In this document: piece after piece, positions 1-7,165 of the stretch | How the letters are laid out: every line of letters starts with the position of its first letter | Numbering within the stretch: the stretch's first letter is position 1 | Origin: Gemmatimonadales bacterium | Lineage (GTDB): Bacteria > Gemmatimonadota > Gemmatimonadetes > Gemmatimonadales > GWC2-71-9 | Reading direction: 5' to 3' | Assembly: GCA_038321865.1 (NCBI GenBank) | Contig: JBBQFH010000007.1 | Location: 1-64,000, forward strand | Length of the DNA: 64,000 nt | Translations under genes and position numbers: made by a program | The notes under the pieces: generated by a model | Database searches by the model: none | Told to the model about the DNA's origin: nothing | Seen by the model: only the letters and a program-made list of their open reading frames with translations

Positions 1-1005
1 CGCACCGGCTTCGGCCCGGCCAGCGTAGACCACGGTCCCCCCGGCGACGGCGTGGACCGGCGTGCCGTCAGGGTTGTTGAACTCGACCCCCTGATGCTGC
101 TGAAAGTTGCCGCCCATCGTCGACCCGTACCGGTACGTCTGGTCGATATAGGGATTGTCGCTCGGATCGATCGGCCGCCGGAACCAGACCGTCCTGGCGG
201 CGGCGGGCGCGGTTGCCGCCGGGGCACGCGCCGGCATGCAGGTGCCGGTCGCCTGCGCCCGGCGGAGCCCGCATCGCGTCTTCAGATACGCATGGCGTCG
301 GAGAAAGGTCAGCGCCCATTCGGCATCCGTAGGCTCGGGCACGCGCGCGGGGGTGAGTCGCCATGCGCCGCGCTCGTACGTCAGCTTGTCGCCCCCGCGA
401 AGGGTCGAGAGTGACGCGATCACCTTCGGCGTGTCGCGATGGAGGGAGGTCACGTACTCGCTCGGCAGGAGTGCCAGCGCGGTGTCCGCCGGGCCCCTGG
501 CGCGCGGTCCCGTCGTATCCACGATGGCCGTCCAGTGGGCACCATCGTCGGTCGTGATCTGCAGCCCGTCCGCCGTGGCGATGACCGTGGTGTCGCCCCG
601 CGTCACGATCCCGTCCGGAACGACGTACTGCCATTCTGGCCCGAGCTCGCGCAGTGACCAGTTGCGCCAGGTGCGGCCGCCGTCGGTTGACAGGCCCCAG
701 CCGTTGCCGACGGTTCCGTACCACACCTCACCGCGAGGCCCGAAGGCGATCGCGTTGACGAAGTCCCATGAGATCGCGGTGCCTGTGGTATCGCTGCGGA
801 TCCGTTGCCACCGCGCGGAGTCCGCCGGCAGGCGAAAGATCCCCTGGCCATAACTTCCGACCCAGACGGTGCCGCTCCGGTCCTGCGTCGCCGAGAGCAC
901 GTGCACGCCCCAGCCACTGCTGTCCGGAATCGCGGGGAGCGCCGTCTGGGCGCGAGCGCCGGCGGGCAGCAGAAGCAGCGGGACGATGAACAGGCGGCGT
1001 ATCAT
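1..1005 (-). CDS. Secreted M23-family peptidase-like protein with N-terminal beta-propeller repeats (3' end runs off the window)
   Basis: Not in the ORF track because it has no stop in the window. Translated by hand from ATG 1005: signal peptide MIRRLFIVPLLLLPAGARAQ, propeller-like repeats (VWVGSYGQG, VWYGTVGNG, STDGGRTW), then the M23-like segment QHQGVEFNNPDGTPVHAVAGGTVVYAG. Confidence 0.75.
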   Translation of the reverse strand, partial: MIRRLFIVPLLLLPAGARAQTALPAIPDSSGWGVHVLSATQDRSGTVWVGSYGQGIFRLPADSARWQRIRSDTTGTAISWDFVNAIAFGPRGEVWYGTVGNGWGLSTDGGRTWRNWSLRELGPEWQYVVPDGIVTRGDTTVIATADGLQITTDDGAHWTAIVDTTGPRARGPADTALALLPSEYVTSLHRDTPKVIASLSTLRGGDKLTYERGAWRLTPARVPEPTDAEWALTFLRRHAYLKTRCGLRRAQATGTCMPARAPAATAPAAARTVWFRRPIDPSDNPYIDQTYRYGSTMGGNFQQHQGVEFNNPDGTPVHAVAGGTVVYAGRAEAGA

Positions 1006-1039
1006 GGGAGGTCTCTCCGGTCGATGAGCTGAAGTCCGA

Positions 1040-1645
1040 CTAGACGGCCGGATGGTTGTGCGCGAGTCGAAGGAATTCATCGCGCGTCTTGGGATCGTCC
1101 CGGAAGGCGCCGCGGAGTGCGCTGGTCACGGTGCGCGAATTCTGCTTTTCGACCCCGCGCATCATCATGCAGAAGTGGGCGGCTTCGATGACGACCCCGA
1201 CACCCCGCGGGCGAAGCACGCTGGTGAGCGCGTCCGCGATCTGGTCGGTGAGCCGTTCCTGCACCTGCAGGCGGCGGGCAAACACATCCACTACCCGAGC
1301 CAGTTTGGAGAGGCCCACGATCCGCCCGTCGGGAATGTAGGCCACGTGGGCCCGGCCAAAGAACGGCAGCATGTGATGCTCGCACAGGGAGTACAGCTCG
1401 ATGTCCCGCACCAGGATCATGCCGTCGTGCGCCTCCTCGAATACGGCGTCGCCCACGGCACCCTCGACCGAGAGGTCGTAACCCTGGGTCAGCCAGCGCA
1501 GCGAGGCCTCGACGCGCTCCGGCGTTTTCCGAAGCCCATCACGATCGGGATCCTCTCCCAGCGCCGTCAGCACGTGGCGAATCTCGGCCGTGAACCCCGC
1601 CGGCGCCGGACCGGACGATGCGCTGCTATCCCTGGTATTCGACAT
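1040..1645 (-). CDS. folE: GTP cyclohydrolase I
   Basis: Motifs [28 protein letters not shown] and HFCMMMRGV. Start trimmed to ATG 1645, overlapping the PTPS gene end. Confidence 0.95.
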   Translation of the reverse strand: MSNTRDSSASSGPAPAGFTAEIRHVLTALGEDPDRDGLRKTPERVEASLRWLTQGYDLSVEGAVGDAVFEEAHDGMILVRDIELYSLCEHHMLPFFGRAHVAYIPDGRIVGLSKLARVVDVFARRLQVQERLTDQIADALTSVLRPRGVGVVIEAAHFCMMMRGVEKQNSRTVTSALRGAFRDDPKTRDEFLRLAHNHPAV

Positions 1646-2036
1646 AGTTCCTCGGTGTTTCCCACAGCCGGAGGCGGAGCGACAGGCCCGCGGGCAGCGC
1701 GGGGGTGAGCTCCCGCCAGCAGACAAGGGCAATGTTCTCCGCCGTCGGTATCAGGTCGCGGAACCACCCGACGTCGGTGTTGAGGTTCTTGTGGTCCAGC
1801 CGCCGGAGCAACACCTCTTCCACCAGTTGCTTGAGGACGTGCAGATCCATGACGTATCCCGTCTCAGGGTCGATCTCCCCCTCGACCGTCACATCCAGAT
1901 CGTAGTTGTGTCCGTGAAAGTTGGGGTTGTTGCAGACGCCGAACGTGGTCTGGTTCCAGTCGGCAGGTCGGCTCGGGTTGTGCAGACGGTGCGCGGCGTT
2001 GAAGTGCACGCGCCGCGTCACGGCGCATCGGGGCAT
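1626..2036 (-). CDS. 6-pyruvoyl-tetrahydropterin synthase / QueD family (CX5HGH, PTPS-II-type motif)
   Basis: [32 protein letters not shown] and LWETPRN motifs. Start ATG 2036. Confidence 0.92.
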   Translation of the reverse strand: MPRCAVTRRVHFNAAHRLHNPSRPADWNQTTFGVCNNPNFHGHNYDLDVTVEGEIDPETGYVMDLHVLKQLVEEVLLRRLDHKNLNTDVGWFRDLIPTAENIALVCWRELTPALPAGLSLRLRLWETPRNYVEYQG

Positions 2037-2089
2037 GCGGCAGTCCGTTGAACGGGTATGGAAAGATGCGCGGGGGCCGGCGGGAACGC

Positions 2090-2115
2090 AAAAACGCCGG
2101 CCCGAGGGGCCGGCG
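2090..2115 (-). terminator. Intrinsic terminator ending the ncRNA
   Basis: Minus strand CGCCGGCCC-CTC-GGGCCGGCG followed by TTTTT. Confidence 0.8.
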
Positions 2116-2276
2116 GAAGCGGAGCGACAACGAAGAGGATTATTGAAGCCCAATGAGAAAGCTTGGCACCCTCACCATAACGTCTGTCTTCCCCCGAGGG
2201 GCATGGCATCGGCTACAGCATGTGGGCCCACACTGGACCTGTTGGCTCAATAATGTGTCTCCGCGCTGCCGTCCGC
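2090..2276 (-). ncRNA. Structured non-coding RNA, probably 6S RNA (alternative: unknown leader RNA of the PTPS-folE operon)
   Basis: Bounded by a promoter and a terminator, ~187 nt. Long 5'/3' pairing: GCGGA/TCCGC, CGGCAGCG/CGTTGTCG, ATTATTGAGCCAA/TTGGGCTTCAATAAT. A ~11/10-nt bubble follows, then an inner stem TGGGCCC/GGGTGCCA. Confidence 0.6.
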
Positions 2277-2282
2277 GGAGTT

Positions 2283-2311
2283 AAGATAGGAAGACTGCAC
2301 TAGCGGGTCAA
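2283..2311 (-). promoter_or_regulatory. Sigma70-type promoter of the ncRNA
   Basis: TTGACC-17 nt-TATCTT on the minus strand. Predicted TSS ~2276 coincides with the base of the long stem. Confidence 0.75.
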
Positions 2312-2337
2312 CACTCATTTTTTTGGGGGTGAACGCC

Positions 2338-2496
2338 GTGCCCACACTCGTTGTCGCGCTCGTGTGCCTGGTCGCGTGGATGGCCCTGGTATTCGTCGTG
2401 CCGGTGACCGCCGGCGCGGTCCATCTGCTGCTCGCCGTGGCAACGACGCTCCTGGTCCGGTGGTGGGCGTTGCGGGACCAGCCCGCGGCAGGATGA
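2338..2496 (+). CDS. Small two-TM membrane protein (52 aa), lmo0937/DUF5670-like
   Basis: Below the ORF-track cutoff. Sequence MPTLVVALVCLVAWMALVFVVPVTAGAVHLLLAVATTLLVRWWALRDQPAAG, with a G-rich SD upstream and a GxxHLLL motif. Confidence 0.6.
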   Translation: MPTLVVALVCLVAWMALVFVVPVTAGAVHLLLAVATTLLVRWWALRDQPAAG

Positions 2497-2532
2497 TCCG
2501 CCCGATGCTCCGGGCCCTGGCGACGCCGCCGG

Positions 2533-3492
2533 CTAGATCTCCCAGTTCGACATCACGATCCCCGCGCGCGGACGGGCTTCGGCATAGCCATGCAGCGTCA
2601 TGCGCAGGTCGGTCCAGTGGACCCGGAATCCGGCGCGGACCAGCCACAGGTAGGCATCACCGAAGGCCGACTGGCACCTGATGGAGGTGCGCCGGACTCG
2701 CTCGACTTCGGCCGCCGCCTGCACCGCCTCCACGACCAGCCCGAAGGCCTCGACGTCCTCGGCGGCGATCTTCAGCAGGCGAACCTCGTCGCGCGGGCGG
2801 CCGGCGGCCAGCGCGGCCGAATGCCACAGGGCGAAGGCGGCGAGCCGGCCGCCGCGGCGCACCAGCGTGGTGTCACCGAGCGCGAGCTCGTGGGTCAGCG
2901 CCAGCTCGCGCGTGAAATCGACGCCCGGCTGCAGCCGGTCGGCGAGCGCACGACACTCCGCCAGCCGAGCGTCGTAGGTCGCCGGATCGTCTCCCAGGCG
3001 TTCGGGCACCTGGCCGATGCGGCGGCCCGCATCGCGCACCAGCGTCACGGTCAGGTGCCCGGGCTGCAGGCCGAGCCGGCTGTAGAATCCGATGTTGTCC
3101 ACCGTCCGCGGCATCGTTTCCAGTCCGATGGTCGTTGCGCCCTCCGACTTGAGCCATTCGATGCCGCTCTGCACCATCGTCGAGCCCAGCCCTTCTCCCT
3201 GGCGATCCGGGCACACGGCCAGCGGCCCCATCCAGCCTTCCGAGCCTGACCGGTGCACCATGTTGAAACCGGCGATCTGCCCCTCGCCGTCGCGCCACAG
3301 CATGGCGCCGTCGCCGGCATCCTCGATCGCATACCGCCAGACCAGCGGATTGAGGTGCGGCACCCGAACCCCCACCAGCCCGTCCCTCGTGTAGCGATCG
3401 GTAAAGGATTCCGAGAACACGCGGTTGAGCGCCTCCACGTCCCGCACCGTGGCCCGGTCGGGACCACGGATCGCCCGGTCAGGCCGCCACAT
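2533..3492 (-). CDS. GNAT-family N-acetyltransferase (tandem GNAT domains)
   Basis: Acetyl-CoA motif LAVCPDRQGEGLG and NIGFYSRLG; second degenerate domain ending YLWLVRAGFR. Overlaps the sbcC stop by 14 nt. Confidence 0.85.
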   Translation of the reverse strand: MWRPDRAIRGPDRATVRDVEALNRVFSESFTDRYTRDGLVGVRVPHLNPLVWRYAIEDAGDGAMLWRDGEGQIAGFNMVHRSGSEGWMGPLAVCPDRQGEGLGSTMVQSGIEWLKSEGATTIGLETMPRTVDNIGFYSRLGLQPGHLTVTLVRDAGRRIGQVPERLGDDPATYDARLAECRALADRLQPGVDFTRELALTHELALGDTTLVRRGGRLAAFALWHSAALAAGRPRDEVRLLKIAAEDVEAFGLVVEAVQAAAEVERVRRTSIRCQSAFGDAYLWLVRAGFRVHWTDLRMTLHGYAEARPRAGIVMSNWEI

Positions 3493-5899
3493 CGTGCCCG
3501 CCCGCGGACTCGTCGCGCACCAGGGACGTGCCGCGCGCGACGTCGTAGCCGACGCGGATCACCCGATCGAAGCCGTCGCGAACGGCGTCGATGTGCGTGA
3601 TGAGGATGACCTGCGGAAAACGATCGGCGAGGCTCCGGAGCAGGTCGAGCACGGAAGCGCGACGCTCTTCGTCGAGCGACCCGAAGATTTCGTCGAGGAT
3701 CAGGAGCGACAGGGGCTGGCCCGCGCGGTCCGCGATCATCTGACTGATCGCCAGGCGGAGCGCGAGGTTAGCCACGTCCTCTTCGCCCCCCGAGATGACG
3801 GTCTTGGGCTCGCCGTCGTCCATCAGCGTGGCCATATAACTCTCGTCCAGCTCGAGGTCGGTGTAGCGGCCATTGGTCAGGTCACGGAGGAAGGACGAGG
3901 CCAGCTCACCCAGCTCGGGACGCAGCGACTGGTTCAGGTCGGTGCGCAGGTCGGTCAGGGCGCGGTCGAGTTCCTGGTGCATGATCAGATCCGCGGCGAC
4001 GGCCGCGGCTTCGCGCGCGCGGGCGGCCGCCTCGGTACGGCGGCGGCTTGCCGCCGCCAGCGCCTCCGTCGCCGAGCTCACATCACCGCGCGCCCGGACC
4101 GCCGCGAGCTCGGCGTCGCGGCGGGCCCGGTCCGCCTTCGCCTCGGCCTCGCGCAGCGCCGTGAACGTGGTTTCGGCGTAATCCAGCGCGGCGATGCGGC
4201 CAACCAGTCCGGCAAGCCGCTCTTCGCACCCGCCGCACTCGCCGGCGGCCTGCCGCGCCTCGGCATCCAGCGCCTCCGCGCGCTGAGCCAGGCCCTCCAG
4301 CCGCGACACGGAAAGCGCAATCGGCTCGAGCAGCCTGATCTGGGCGCGAATGCGTTCGTGCGCCGCCGGATCGTACGACGCCGCGGACGCGCCCGCCGCG
4401 ATCTCCAGCTCTCCCGCGCGGCGCCGCAACTTGGTGCCTTCCTCCTCAAGCGCACGCCGTTCGGCGGCCTGCGCCTCGAGCCGCGCCTGTTCGCCGACCG
4501 CATCGGTCAGCTGGCGGTCAAGCCGGGTCCGCTCGTCCTCCAGCGTCACCAGGTCGGCCGGCTCATGCTCCAGCTGCTCGACGCGTTGGCGGAAATAGTG
4601 CCCGTTGTCCGTCACTTCCTGGAGCTGCCGGTCGAGCAGGCCGAGGACGCGGTCGAATTCGTCGAGCAGCGGTCGGGCGCAGGTGGGACAGACGCCGGCA
4701 TCTCCCGCGAGGACGATGCGCTCCCGCTGATCCTTGAGCTCCTGATACTGATCGCGGAGTGATCGCAGCTGCGTGTCCGCGTCCTGCCGGTCGCGCACCC
4801 AGGCAGTGCGGCGTTCTTCCACCCGCAACGCCGATACCGCCGATGACGCTCGGAGTTCGTTGACCCGGGCCTGCGCGTCGAGCACGGCAGCCGTCGTCGG
4901 GAGGCCGGACACGCGCCGGTCGATCACGGGCACCCGGGCTCGAACCTCTGCCAGCTGGGCGACCGCGCCCCGATGCGCCGAGTACGCCTCGGCGATGGAT
5001 TCATACCGCGCCGCGTCCTCCCGCAACGCGGCCAGCGGTGCCAGCTGGCGGCGGCCGGCTTCGAGTCCGGCCCGCGCCTCGGCCGCCTCGGCCGCCTGGC
5101 GCGCGAGCCCCTCGCCCTTCTCGCGCGCCGCCCGCAGCTGCGCCTCGGCCACGCGCCGCTCGGCATCGAGCGCCAGCGCGGTGTCGCGCGCCCGCTGTAT
5201 CGCGTCCCAGCGCGGTCGAAGCTCGGCGAGCGCCTGCTCGGCGCGCTCGAAACCTCCGGCGCCGGCCGCCAGCGCCGCTTCCGCGCCGGCCAGCCGCTCG
5301 CGGGCGCGCAGTTCTTCGGCGTCGAGCGCGCCCGCATCGGGCAGGCCGCTCTGCAGCGCGTCGAGGCGGGCCTTGCGCGCGGTGCGACGCTCCTTGAGCC
5401 GGTCCTGCGCCGTGCGAATCCGCTCGTAGCCGAGGACACGTGACAGGAACTGGGCGCGATCGGATGGGGACATCGCGGCCATGACCGCGAGTTCCTTTTG
5501 TCCCGTAAAATACGTATTGAAGAATTCGTCCCGCGTCATGCCCAGCAGTCGGGTCACCCGCTCCGTCACCGCTCCCAGGCTGTTGGCGATCGGGGCGGGC
5601 TCCCCGTCCTGGTACAGTTCCGCGGTGCTCAGCCCGCGGGTGACCCGATACTGGTGGGCGCCGAGCGTAAACTCGAGCTCGACCTCGACCCGCGCGCGGG
5701 GGGGGGCGCCGCGACGCCGGATGCTGTCCTTGCTGCCCCGCGCCGCCTGCGTCCCGTACATGGCCCAGGCGATCGCCTCGAGAAGGGTCGTCTTGCCCGC
5801 GCCGTTGGGCCCGACGATTCCGGTCAACCCCGCGCCCAGCACGAGCTCGGTGTCCTCGTGCTGGCGGAAGTTCACGAGATGCAGACGATTGATGAACAT
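3479..5899 (-). CDS. sbcC: Rad50/SbcC SMC-family ATPase
   Basis: Walker A GPNGAGKTT, long coiled coil, central zinc hook CPTC, signature ISGGEE, Walker B/D-loop LILDEIFGSLD, H-loop ITH. Confidence 0.93.
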   Translation of the reverse strand: MFINRLHLVNFRQHEDTELVLGAGLTGIVGPNGAGKTTLLEAIAWAMYGTQAARGSKDSIRRRGAPPRARVEVELEFTLGAHQYRVTRGLSTAELYQDGEPAPIANSLGAVTERVTRLLGMTRDEFFNTYFTGQKELAVMAAMSPSDRAQFLSRVLGYERIRTAQDRLKERRTARKARLDALQSGLPDAGALDAEELRARERLAGAEAALAAGAGGFERAEQALAELRPRWDAIQRARDTALALDAERRVAEAQLRAAREKGEGLARQAAEAAEARAGLEAGRRQLAPLAALREDAARYESIAEAYSAHRGAVAQLAEVRARVPVIDRRVSGLPTTAAVLDAQARVNELRASSAVSALRVEERRTAWVRDRQDADTQLRSLRDQYQELKDQRERIVLAGDAGVCPTCARPLLDEFDRVLGLLDRQLQEVTDNGHYFRQRVEQLEHEPADLVTLEDERTRLDRQLTDAVGEQARLEAQAAERRALEEEGTKLRRRAGELEIAAGASAASYDPAAHERIRAQIRLLEPIALSVSRLEGLAQRAEALDAEARQAAGECGGCEERLAGLVGRIAALDYAETTFTALREAEAKADRARRDAELAAVRARGDVSSATEALAAASRRRTEAAARAREAAAVAADLIMHQELDRALTDLRTDLNQSLRPELGELASSFLRDLTNGRYTDLELDESYMATLMDDGEPKTVISGGEEDVANLALRLAISQMIADRAGQPLSLLILDEIFGSLDEERRASVLDLLRSLADRFPQVILITHIDAVRDGFDRVIRVGYDVARGTSLVRDESAGGHDVAA

Positions 5900-7074
5900 C
5901 AGCCGGACAGATCGCGCTCGACCGTGTCCACCAGCTCGGTGCCGAGCGCGACGAAGCGGGCACGATCTACCTCCGCCGGAAGCGGCCGGCGCTGTAGATA
6001 GTCCGCCACGAGCTCCGGCAGCGTCTGCCGGTGCCCCGGCGCGCCGACGCCCACGCTGTTGCGGGCCTCGGGCCGGCGAACATCAAGATGAAAGTGCAGC
6101 GCCTCGGCCTTGAGGGCGCGAAGCGCCGTGTGATCGAGCCCCCGGGCGACGTGGCGCGGCACGTCGTGCACCACCAGCCGGACGACCTGGTCGGCAATGC
6201 CGCCGCGCACCGCGCGCACGCGCTCCAGGACGGTCGCGTCGATCTCCTCCGCCGTCAGGCCGGCTCCTTGAATCGCAGGGAGATCGAGAATCCGGCGGCT
6301 CGCCGCGACCGGCTGCGGCTCGACGGCACCCGTATCCAGATCCACGAGCAGCCAGCCCTTTCCCTCGACGCCGCGGTCCGCCTCGTCGCGCAGCTCGCCC
6401 CAGAGATTGGAGCTGACGTAGTCCAGCGCGCCGGCATACCAGGCGCGTGGTCCGATCTGATGCCGCACGTGATAGTGACCGAAGGCGACGTAGCTCCACT
6501 CGCCGCTTGCTATGTCGGCCTCGCTCAGCACCGCACCGCCGTATTCGACCGAGCTGCGGTCGGCCGGGAACACCCCCTCCATCTCGCCGTGGATCACGAG
6601 GACGTGCCGGGCTTCCGGGCCGTCGGGGCGGAGCGCGGGCCGCTCGCCGCCGATGAGCGCCTGATGGGGAACCGCGAAGACGCTCAACCCGAGTTCGGGG
6701 TAGGTGAAGCGGCGCGCCTCGTCCGCGGCGACGTCGATCCCGATGTCGGTGAATAATCGGAGAATGGTCCCCGTTTCGGCCGACCGGGGCGTATCATGGT
6801 TCCCGGCGATCAGCACGACCGGTACCTCCGGCAGCGCCTCGCGCAGGCGTTGCAGCTGGCGGAACGCGAACACGATCGCGGCATTGGTGGGACGCACGGA
6901 GTGGAAGAGATCACCGGCCACGACCACGATATCGGGCCGGGCGGCGATCACGCCGTCGATGGCGGCACGGAACGCCGCCGCCACATCCGCCTCGCGCTGA
7001 TTGATGCCGGCGGACGTCTGGCGGTGGTACAGCCGAATGCCGAGATGCGGGTCGGCGATATGCGCGAGCTTCAC
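5899..7074 (-). CDS. sbcD: Mre11/SbcD metallophosphoesterase nuclease
   Basis: Motifs DPHLG, AGDLFH, IAGNHD, IHG and FGHYH. Stop overlaps the sbcC ATG (TGATG). Confidence 0.93.
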   Translation of the reverse strand: MKLAHIADPHLGIRLYHRQTSAGINQREADVAAAFRAAIDGVIAARPDIVVVAGDLFHSVRPTNAAIVFAFRQLQRLREALPEVPVVLIAGNHDTPRSAETGTILRLFTDIGIDVAADEARRFTYPELGLSVFAVPHQALIGGERPALRPDGPEARHVLVIHGEMEGVFPADRSSVEYGGAVLSEADIASGEWSYVAFGHYHVRHQIGPRAWYAGALDYVSSNLWGELRDEADRGVEGKGWLLVDLDTGAVEPQPVAASRRILDLPAIQGAGLTAEEIDATVLERVRAVRGGIADQVVRLVVHDVPRHVARGLDHTALRALKAEALHFHLDVRRPEARNSVGVGAPGHRQTLPELVADYLQRRPLPAEVDRARFVALGTELVDTVERDLSG

Positions 7075-7080
7075 GGCAGG

Positions 7081-7109
7081 AGAATGGTGCTAACGCGCCC
7101 GAAGAGCAA
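7081..7109 (-). promoter_or_regulatory. Candidate leaderless sigma70 promoter of sbcD
   Basis: TTGCTC-17-CATTCT, 6 nt before the GTG start, with no SD. Confidence 0.5.
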
Positions 7110-7129
7110 GACTTACGATGTGTCGCACC

Positions 7130-7158
7130 TTGCCTTCGCCTGACGCGGCGGCTAGCGT
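7130..7158 (+). promoter_or_regulatory. Candidate leaderless sigma70 promoter of the ClC gene
   Basis: TTGCCT-17-TAGCGT, 7 nt before ATG 7166, with no SD. Confidence 0.5.
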
Positions 7159-7165
7159 GCGTTGC

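Noticed and set aside
2119..2276. SAM-I, THF, ZTP, preQ1 riboswitch or SRP RNA identity for the ncRNA
   Set aside because: Only isolated short matches (GGTGCCAA, CAGGTCC). The surrounding conserved cores are missing. An Rfam scan is still needed.
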